Source: a candidate division FCPU426 bacterium
Lineage (GTDB): Bacteria; Oederibacteriota; Muellerivitia; Muellerivitales; Muellerivitaceae
Assembly (NCBI GenBank): GCA_963738405.1
Contig: CAVTWJ010000014.1
Coordinates: forward strand, 160,001 to 224,000
DNA: 64,000 nt
Direction: 5' to 3'
The notes beneath the pieces are model-generated. The model did not search any database and was not told the DNA's origin. It saw only the letters and a program-made list of their open reading frames with translations. The first letter of the stretch is position 1, and every line of letters starts with the position of its first letter. Position numbers and translations under genes: made by a program. Shown in pieces: positions 37,926 to 45,475 of this stretch.

Positions 37926-38603
37926 TTAGGGAGCCGTCGGCTGGAGCTTGATCCGGATGTTCTTGGACATGTGTGCCTCGCCCGCCTGCACATCAATGCG
38001 GTAATCGCCCGTGCCCGCCGCTTCCCCGTTATCCAAAAGGCCGTCCCATTTAAAGTCCCACCGCCCGGCCTGGACAAAACCGGCGTAAAGGGCCCTTACT
38101 TCCTTTCCGCCCGAATCGAGGATACGGACCGTCACGAGGGATTTTTGCGGCGCGTCCACCAGAACACTCAATTCTTGGCCTTCCTGACCGGGTCCGGCCG
38201 ATAAGGGTTGAATGGGAACGGGTTTTTGGACCACAGGTTTCAAGGTTGAAACGCTGGATTTTTCAATGGGTTGTTGGACGGTCTGCGGTTGAACCTGCAG
38301 AGGAACTTCCATTTTAGTTTGGGGCCAGAACTTCCAAAGGGCAGTCCCCCCGGCGGCCAGAACCACCAAAAGAAGCTTGGCCGCGCCGGACCAACCAACC
38401 GGGCCCGCGCCTCCGGGATGGGGAAGGGATTGCAGGCCCTGGGGGAGTGTCGGCTGGGGAAGGCCGGTGGCAAGATAATGCTGTTGGAGCATTTTCTCAT
38501 AGCTCAAAGCGGCATCGGGGGAACTTTCCAAAAGCTTGGAAAGGGCCGCATGTTCGGCCTCGCTCAGTTCCCTCGTGAAAAATTCTTGGACTAAATCAGC
38601 CAT
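37926..38603 (-). CDS. Membrane anti-sigma factor with periplasmic FlgD-Ig/CTD-like domain
   Basis: N-terminal ASD-like ELSEAEHAALSKLLESSPDA (no Zn-binding Cys/His motif); one TM; VRILDSGGKEVRAL..KWDG..NG..GDYRI FlgD-Ig pattern; overlaps the sigma stop. Confidence 0.75.
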   Translation of the reverse strand: MADLVQEFFTRELSEAEHAALSKLLESSPDAALSYEKMLQQHYLATGLPQPTLPQGLQSLPHPGGAGPVGWSGAAKLLLVVLAAGGTALWKFWPQTKMEVPLQVQPQTVQQPIEKSSVSTLKPVVQKPVPIQPLSAGPGQEGQELSVLVDAPQKSLVTVRILDSGGKEVRALYAGFVQAGRWDFKWDGLLDNGEAAGTGDYRIDVQAGEAHMSKNIRIKLQPTAP

Positions 38604-39168
38604 TTTCGCCTTCTTTTATGAACTGCTCGACTAGCACCTTGAGCGCCTTTTTGCACCGGGAAAGCCTCGACATCACGGTCCCCAAGGGGATCTTGAGCGT
38701 CTTTCCGACCTCGATATAACTCATTTCCTTCATTTCTCGTATTTGAATAATCTCCCGGCATTCCTGGCCTATCTTTTCCAGGCATTTCTCGATGATTCCC
38801 AGCTTGAAGCGTTTTTCCTGTTCCCGATCCCCAGCTTCCTGCCGGTCCTTGGCCGCGGATTGGAGCAAAAAATCTAATTCAGCGTGTTCTTGACTCACCA
38901 GCTTCGCCCTTTGCCGGTACCGGTTGTGGCACTTAAAGATGCAAATCTGCGTCAGCCAGGTCGAGAGACTGGACCGGAACTCGAATTCGGGCAATTTTTC
39001 AAAGGCTGTGATAAAGGTTTCTTGGACCAAATCTTCAGCCTCCGGGTCCTGATAGCCCAATAAATACACGCAGTTTCGATAAAGTCTTTCCCGATAGGTG
39101 ACGAAAAACTGGGTCTTAGCTTGATCGTCGCCTTGGAGGATCTTTTGAACCAACTCCCGTTCGTCCAA
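38596..39168 (-). CDS. ECF (sigma-70 group 4) RNA polymerase sigma factor
   Basis: AEDLVQETF..AF, FRSSLSTWL (region 2); SYIEVG..L.IPLGTVMSRLSR (region 4); 190 aa. Confidence 0.93.
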   Translation of the reverse strand: MDERELVQKILQGDDQAKTQFFVTYRERLYRNCVYLLGYQDPEAEDLVQETFITAFEKLPEFEFRSSLSTWLTQICIFKCHNRYRQRAKLVSQEHAELDFLLQSAAKDRQEAGDREQEKRFKLGIIEKCLEKIGQECREIIQIREMKEMSYIEVGKTLKIPLGTVMSRLSRCKKALKVLVEQFIKEGENG

Positions 39169-39182
39169 GAGTGCCCCTTACA

Positions 39183-39213
39183 GATGAGTGTTTTAACGTG
39201 AATGGTTTATTCC
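39183..39213 (-). promoter_or_regulatory. Putative autoregulatory ECF promoter (GGAATAAACC-N10-AAACACTCATC)
   Basis: Ends 14 nt before the sigma start codon; same 31-nt pattern and spacing as 34997-35027 and 27712-27742. Confidence 0.75.
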
Positions 39214-39274
39214 ATTTTGAACCCAAATGGGAGGTTTTCATCAAAAAACTTTCTCTTTAAAAAGCTGATTTCCC

Positions 39275-41089
39275 TTAACCTCGCTGGGATTTTTTCCGGA
39301 ATTGCTGTGGTGATTGAGCGGTTTTTCGCCGAAAGAACCGCGCGAAGTGGGAGCCGGGTTTGAATCCGCAGGATTTGGCGACTTGAGAGACTGGCAGGCT
39401 TCCAGTTTTCAAAAGCCGTTTCGCTTCCTCCAGCCGCAGGTTCTGTAAGTAGTTTTCCAAGCCCATTCCCGCGGTTTTCTTGAAATGACGGCTAAGAGTG
39501 GCGGTCGATACATCCGCAAGCCTCGCGAGTTTGGCGATTCTCAATGGTTCTCGGAAATGCTCGTTCAAATAATCACGGACCTTTTCCATTGAAAAGGCCG
39601 TCTTCAAAGCGCCAGGACCCTGCATGAGACGCAAAAGTTTTTCCAACGCGTCCTTGAAAGAGAAAACCATTTCCTGCGTGGTCCCGGCTTTCTCCAGGGA
39701 AAGCACCAGGTTTTGGTGGAGTTGATCGGCCTCCTTTTCGCTTAAGTTCCCTTGGGCGCGGATCGTATCTCTCATCTGGATCAAAGCGTACTGCAGGTGC
39801 AGGCGGATGCCGTCAGGGTCGTGCATGGAGAGGGTCAGGACCTGTTTCAAGAATTCATCCAGCACCGCTTCCATGCCTGAGAGGGATGAAACCTCGATGC
39901 GCTTCTTAAGTTCCCGCAAGAGGCTCGACAATTCCAAGATCCCTTCTGAAACTTCCAACCGGACGGGTTTGAAAAAAACAATTTCCTGGCCCGTTGCCCG
40001 GCCCAAGTGCAGGGCCAACACCGCCTGCTGATAGGAATCCAAAAGCGTTTCACCGGGCGTGACAGTTTCTCCCACTCCCACCAGAACAGGCCCCTCCAAT
40101 TCTTCCTGGGCGAAAGCGTGAATCCTTTCGGTAAGTTCCCTCAATTCATCCCGGCGTTGGGGCCGGCTCTTGGAAAGATCGGGCGAGGTGATGAAAAGTG
40201 CGCCGTAATTTTCAAGCCGTCCTCCCAAGGTTTGGGGCAGGGTCTTCGCGAAGCGGAAAGCCCGCCGCTGGAAACGGTAGATCCGAAACATTTCCTCAAT
40301 GGGGTCTCTCTTCTTCCCTTGAATGGTCAGCGGAATGGCTGTCAGGACCGTCGTCGGAATACGGCTGATGCCGATATCGGACTTGATCCAGTCCATTTTC
40401 GGAACTTCGGTGTTCCAAAGGGGCGTAGCCTGCCGGGTGGGAAGTCCCAGGGCCCAATCCATGAAATAACTGTGGGGAAAATGCCTGGAGAATATTTTCG
40501 TCGAAAGTTCCTGAAGACGGCGGGGCGCGTTGGAGAGATTTTCCCGGACCAAGATATCGGCGAACAGTTTCAACGCTTCCCGGTAAGCCGAAAGAACCGG
40601 CCCTTCCAGAACGGGTGTATCGAGCATGACGCGGACAAACTGCCGGAATTCGGGGTTTTCAGGAGTTGCGGTTTGTCCCGTCAATTGGTTCCAGCTCATT
40701 TTGAGGAGGGGGTAGGTCACTTCCTCTTTTGCGAAGGCGCCGGATAGGATCGTCCCAAACCGCACCTTCCCCCGCCGGATGGGCATGAAAATGTCATAAA
40801 ACCCCAGGGTCTCCAAAAGAAGCGGCTGGTCCTTGCCCTGTTTCGCCTCATATTCTGGATCAGTGAGTTTGTCCCAATTAAAAGATTGTCCGTATTTCTT
40901 CTCGAAATCGAAGAGCGAGGCGTCCCGGCGGTGATAATTGGCGGCCAACCATCCCTCGGTGCCGCTTCCCGGGTCTTTGGTGATGATGAAACAATTCAGG
41001 TCGACGTAATACCGAAGGATGTTGATGAACCCTTCATATCCAATGAGGTTCTCGAACACCCGGAAGGTTTTGGAAGGACGGGGAGCCAT
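39275..41089 (-). CDS. AraC-family regulator with large N-terminal sensory region (PocR-like plus degenerate GGDEF-like)
   Basis: C-terminal LSRHFKKTAG..YLQNLRLEEAKRLL..VAKSCGF..HFARFFRRKT..SP..FR; central VLVGVG..LLDSYQQA. Confidence 0.85.
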   Translation of the reverse strand: MAPRPSKTFRVFENLIGYEGFINILRYYVDLNCFIITKDPGSGTEGWLAANYHRRDASLFDFEKKYGQSFNWDKLTDPEYEAKQGKDQPLLLETLGFYDIFMPIRRGKVRFGTILSGAFAKEEVTYPLLKMSWNQLTGQTATPENPEFRQFVRVMLDTPVLEGPVLSAYREALKLFADILVRENLSNAPRRLQELSTKIFSRHFPHSYFMDWALGLPTRQATPLWNTEVPKMDWIKSDIGISRIPTTVLTAIPLTIQGKKRDPIEEMFRIYRFQRRAFRFAKTLPQTLGGRLENYGALFITSPDLSKSRPQRRDELRELTERIHAFAQEELEGPVLVGVGETVTPGETLLDSYQQAVLALHLGRATGQEIVFFKPVRLEVSEGILELSSLLRELKKRIEVSSLSGMEAVLDEFLKQVLTLSMHDPDGIRLHLQYALIQMRDTIRAQGNLSEKEADQLHQNLVLSLEKAGTTQEMVFSFKDALEKLLRLMQGPGALKTAFSMEKVRDYLNEHFREPLRIAKLARLADVSTATLSRHFKKTAGMGLENYLQNLRLEEAKRLLKTGSLPVSQVAKSCGFKPGSHFARFFRRKTAQSPQQFRKKSQRG

Positions 41090-41198
41090 AGCCCAAGTTA
41101 ACCCTCTTTTTAGAAAATAGTCACGAAAGATTTAATTCTGGGAAAGGTCATTGCGAGTTCGAAGTTCGGGAATCTTCAGCGAAATGGATCTGTAAGAT

Positions 41199-44100
41199 TT
41201 ATCTCAAAACCAGCAGTTTGCCGATGGTGCGCTTGCCGTTGACGGTCACAGTCACGTAATAAATGCCGTTGGCGAGGTTGTTCCCTCCCCTGCCTGTCAG
41301 GGTTAAGGTGATAGCTGTGCCGGAGGGTATAGAATCGAAGGTTTCGTCTTTCACCTTCCTGAAGGCCAGGGTGTAAACCTCCACCCGCACGTTCGATAGG
41401 CCCAAATAAGGCGGCGGAAGAATCTGTACCGTGGGGCCTGTCCCTGGATTGGGATAGATTTCAATAACCCCCGGGACGGCCGTCGGAGCCGGGGTGATAG
41501 ATGGGGTTGCCGTAACCGAAGGTGTGGCGGTGCCTGTTGGTGTCGAGGTCGGCTGTTGTACCACCACCGTATAGCCTGTTACCGGCAATCCCGTGAAAAA
41601 GGCTGGCTGGCCTCCGTTATTCCCGCTCTTCCCGGTCATAGCGCCGATCGAAAGATTGTAGGTGCCAGAAGACGAATTGGAGAAATTCACGACAATCTGC
41701 AGCGTCTGCGTACCGGAGAGTAGGACATAGTTCCCAAGTGTCAGGTTGGCCGTGGTCCCTGAGAAAACCGCTGGTGTGCCCGCAGTGGTTCCATTGATGA
41801 CTACGCTGACACTTGTGATGTCCGCCGTGTTGCCCGTGCCCGAGTCCATAAGGGTCAGATTTGTCAAAGTCACCGGCGCCCCGCTCGGGTTGGTCACACT
41901 TACTTGTATGGCCGTCACGTTGCCGCTTCCAGAGATCGTATTCACCGTTCCAACTAATCCCGAGCCCATATTGACGACCGCCGAGGTAGCCGTGGAGGTC
42001 GGAGTGTAGGTTTGGGTAGAAGTCAGAGTCGGGGTAAAGGTTTTGGTACTCGTAACAGTCGGTGTGAAGCTTGGCGTCCAACTAGAGGTGTTAGAGGCGG
42101 TAGGGGTGGAGGTAGAAGTAAAAGTACTGGTGGAGGTAGCTGTCGCGGTTGAGGTAAAGGTTGGGGTTTGAGTGTAGGTAAAGGGCGGGGTATCGGTGGG
42201 AGTAGGGGTTACGGTAGGCGTATCGGTCACCGTGGGGCTGTTGGTGGAAGTGAAAGTCGAAGTCACGGTCGGAGTAGCAGTCAGGGTGGCGGTGCGGGTC
42301 GGCGTGAAGGTTTGGGTAGGTGAAAGAGTATTCGTCGAGCTGTATTGCGCAGTGGAGGTGGCCGTTCCCGTGAGGGTGGGGGTCGGGGTCAGGGTTGCCG
42401 TCTGTGTGAATGTTTGAGTGGCCGTCATCGTATTAGTCTTGGTGTTGGTGGTAGTGGCCGTGGATGTCGTAGTCGGCGTCAGGGTCGTGGTTTTAGTGTT
42501 GGTGACGGTCGGCGTGGAAGAAGCTGTGGGGGATTGGGTGGGAGTGGAAGTTAGAGTCGCAGTCAGTGTCGCTGTTTTGCTATTGGTGACCGTCGGGGTG
42601 GAGGTTTGAGTCAGGGTTGAAGTTTGAGTAAAGGTTAGGGTTTGGGTCTTGGTCGCGGTTGGGGTGGAGGTGGGAGTGGCAGTCAGGGTATAGGTCCTTG
42701 TAACCGTCGGTGTGACGGTTAGGGTGAAGGTCGAGGTATTACCCGGGGTGGGGGAACTCGTCGGACTGGGAGTCGGGGTTCGGGTGGATGTGCCGGAGGG
42801 CGTAGGGGTAATGGTGCGGGTGGAGGTGATGGTATTGCTGGGAGTCGATGTTTTGGTCGGCGTGGCGGTAATTGTTGGGCTTGGAGTGTTCGTTCGGGTC
42901 GCTGTCAATGTCGGGGTGGGTGTGGCAGTACTAGAAACGGACACGACCCCCACGAAGGAAACCACGCTGGAAACCGGCATCGAGTAAGTAAAACTGTTCC
43001 CGGAAACTGGTACAGCAGCCTGCTGAACTAGGCCGTTGCCGACATCGGTCAGCCAGGGCGTGACCGATGTCACGGTAACGCCGTTCAGGGCGAAGGTCTG
43101 GTTCACCGAACTGGCGTTGTAGTTGATGGCCACGATGACGATGGTGGTGGGCGAGGAAGTGTTGGTGTTCTTATATGCGGAAACCGTCACGCCGGCCTGG
43201 GGGCCTTCGGTCGCTCCCATGCGGTAATAGCCGGGCCGGATGAACTTGGAATAATTGCCCAGCACGAAGGCCGCGTCGGTGAGATTGGTTCCATTGATCA
43301 GGTCGGCCAACCACCAATAATGGAAGGAGTTCATCTGGCCCTCGACCAGGGACTGGTGGGCCCAGCCCGCCACGCACAGGCCCGCCGAATTCTGGGCCGT
43401 GATAAGCCCGGTAGTACAGCCAGAAATCTCCGTCGCCCACCACTCCTGGTTCGTCAGGTGGGTATAACCGTAATTCGAGGCGATCTGGGCAAGAGTGTCG
43501 TAAAAGGTGCCGTACAAGTGGGTGTTGATGATGCTGACCAGGGGGGCCGCATTGGCGTCGGACATGGTGGCGGTGCCTAGGTTCATGCCCCATTCATTCG
43601 GCGGTTCCGGCATCATGATCTTGGTGGTAAGCCCCGCGCCCGTGATGGAGGCGGCCATGCAGGGGATGAAAATGTCGAACTGGCCGGTGGTCCAATTGGC
43701 GCCTTCATAGGTGACCTCGAAACTGGGTTCGTTTTGAGCCGAGATGGAGTAAAGGCTCACACCGGTATAGGTTTTGCAGTATTGGAGGTATTGAGTCAGG
43801 TATTGGGCGTAGCCAGTGTCGGCGCTGTTGGGGGCGTTGCCCGTGTCGGAACCAGTGAAGGCACCGACGTTGGTGACCCCCGCGTTCACAACCTCCCCAT
43901 CGACGCTGTTGTTGGTTTTGTACATGGCAGGGGGAGACCACTCGGTGCTCCAGAAAAGGACGTTGGGGTTGACCGCATGGGCCGCAGTGATATTGTTCAG
44001 CTCGCTGTTCCAGGCGCCGGTGTTGCCGCCGACGGCGGTGGGGTCGATGCGGGTCCTCAGCGAGGTCAGCCCGATGTGGCCGTTCACCGTGTCGTCGGCG

Positions 44101-44282
44101 AACAGGGCCTGCCCCATGCTTCCCACGCCGCTCCAGGCGCTGGAGGCCCCGATACAATGGATATATTGGTTCGTCTGGGTGGCGTCCACTGTGCAGGTAC
44201 CCGCCCAAAGAGTATGCGTGACAAAAAAAAACCCAAAGGCCAGCGTGCAATTTTGAATGTTTAGGGCGAATAGTTTTTTCAA
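41199..44282 (-). CDS. Secreted GH30 + Thr stalk + unknown Ig-like domain + T9SS-like CTD (ORF extends to 44345)
   Basis: WSPPA, QNEPS, WATEIS, GNYSKFIRPGYYR; likely TTG start at 44282 after GGAG. Confidence 0.85.
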   Translation of the reverse strand: MKKLFALNIQNCTLAFGFFFVTHTLWAGTCTVDATQTNQYIHCIGASSAWSGVGSMGQALFADDTVNGHIGLTSLRTRIDPTAVGGNTGAWNSELNNITAAHAVNPNVLFWSTEWSPPAMYKTNNSVDGEVVNAGVTNVGAFTGSDTGNAPNSADTGYAQYLTQYLQYCKTYTGVSLYSISAQNEPSFEVTYEGANWTTGQFDIFIPCMAASITGAGLTTKIMMPEPPNEWGMNLGTATMSDANAAPLVSIINTHLYGTFYDTLAQIASNYGYTHLTNQEWWATEISGCTTGLITAQNSAGLCVAGWAHQSLVEGQMNSFHYWWLADLINGTNLTDAAFVLGNYSKFIRPGYYRMGATEGPQAGVTVSAYKNTNTSSPTTIVIVAINYNASSVNQTFALNGVTVTSVTPWLTDVGNGLVQQAAVPVSGNSFTYSMPVSSVVSFVGVVSVSSTATPTPTLTATRTNTPSPTITATPTKTSTPSNTITSTRTITPTPSGTSTRTPTPSPTSSPTPGNTSTFTLTVTPTVTRTYTLTATPTSTPTATKTQTLTFTQTSTLTQTSTPTVTNSKTATLTATLTSTPTQSPTASSTPTVTNTKTTTLTPTTTSTATTTNTKTNTMTATQTFTQTATLTPTPTLTGTATSTAQYSSTNTLSPTQTFTPTRTATLTATPTVTSTFTSTNSPTVTDTPTVTPTPTDTPPFTYTQTPTFTSTATATSTSTFTSTSTPTASNTSSWTPSFTPTVTSTKTFTPTLTSTQTYTPTSTATSAVVNMGSGLVGTVNTISGSGNVTAIQVSVTNPSGAPVTLTNLTLMDSGTGNTADITSVSVVINGTTAGTPAVFSGTTANLTLGNYVLLSGTQTLQIVVNFSNSSSGTYNLSIGAMTGKSGNNGGQPAFFTGLPVTGYTVVVQQPTSTPTGTATPSVTATPSITPAPTAVPGVIEIYPNPGTGPTVQILPPPYLGLSNVRVEVYTLAFRKVKDETFDSIPSGTAITLTLTGRGGNNLANGIYYVTVTVNGKRTIGKLLVLR

Positions 44283-45475
44283 GGAGACTCCGTCACATCT
44301 GTCGGCATCCAGGTTGTTGAGAATGAAATTTCTTAATCTATCCAATTTTTAATAGCTTACCGCAAAACTAGCAGTTTGCCGATGGAACGGTTCCCGTTGA
44401 CGGTTACGACTACGTAGTAGATGCCGTTGGCGAGGTTGTTCCCACCCCTGCCCGTCAAGGTCAGGGTCACGGCCGTTCCTGATGGAATGGAATCAAAGGT
44501 CACGTCCTTCACCTTCCTGAAGGCCAGCGTGTAAACCTCCACCCTCACGTTCGATATCCCAATATAGGGCGGTGGTAGAACCTGTACCGTCGGGCCTGTC
44601 CCTGGGTTGGGGTAGATTCCCACATGCCCTGGGATGGCCGTGGGGGCCGGAGTGATGGAGGGGGTCGCTGTCACCGAGGGTGTGGCCGTTTCGGTTGGTG
44701 TCGACGTCGGCCGCGTTACCACCACCGTATAGCCTGTCACTGGTAATCCCGTGAAGGATGCCGCCTGGCCTCCGTTGTTGCCGCTCGTTCCAGTCATGGT
44801 GGTGATCGAAAGATTGTAAGTGCCAGAAGAAGAATTAGAGAAATTCACGACAATCTGCAGGGTCTGGGTCCCCGGCGGTAGGACATAGTTGCTTAGAGTC
44901 AGGTTGGCTGTGTTTCCCGTGAAGACCGCCTGTATGCCAGCAGCGGTTCCATTGATCACTACGCTGACCCCTGTAATATCAGCTGTATTGCCCGTTCCTG
45001 AGTCAGTGAGTGTCAGGTTATTCAAGGTGACAGGCGCCCCGCTGGGGTTGGTCACACTTACTTGTATATCCGTTATATTACCGCTTCCAGAAATTGTATT
45101 CACCGTTCCCACGAATCCCGAGCCCATATTTACTACCGCTGAGGTCGCCGTGGAGGTAGGCGTGTAGGTTTGGGTGGAAGTCAGGGTCGGGGTAAAGGTT
45201 TTGGTACTCGTAACAGTCGGTGTGAAGCTTGGCGTCCAACTGGAGGTGTTAGAGGCGGTAGGGGTGGAGGTAGAAGTAAAAGTGCTGGTGGAGGTAGCTG
45301 TCGCAGTTGAGGTAAAGGTTGGGGTTTGAGTGTAGGTAAAGGGCGGGGTATCGGTGGGAGTGGGGGTTACGGTAGGCGTATCGGTCACCGTAGGGCTGTC
45401 GGTGGAAGTGGAGGTCGAAGTCACAGTCGGAGTAGCAGTCAGGGTGGAGGTGCGGGTCGGCGTGAAGGTTTGGGT
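41199..45475 (-). repeat. Direct repeat pair: stalk-Ig-CTD tail of GH30 (41199-~42320) and GH74 (44357-~45475)
   Basis: Shared TDTPPFTYTQTP...SAVVNMGSG...YPNPGTGPTVQ segments with long identical DNA runs. Confidence 0.9.

Noticed and set aside
17681..45475. Near-identical 3' gene ends as possible DGR template/variable repeats
   Set aside because: Differences are mostly synonymous and not adenine-specific, both copies are coding, and no reverse transcriptase is present in the window.
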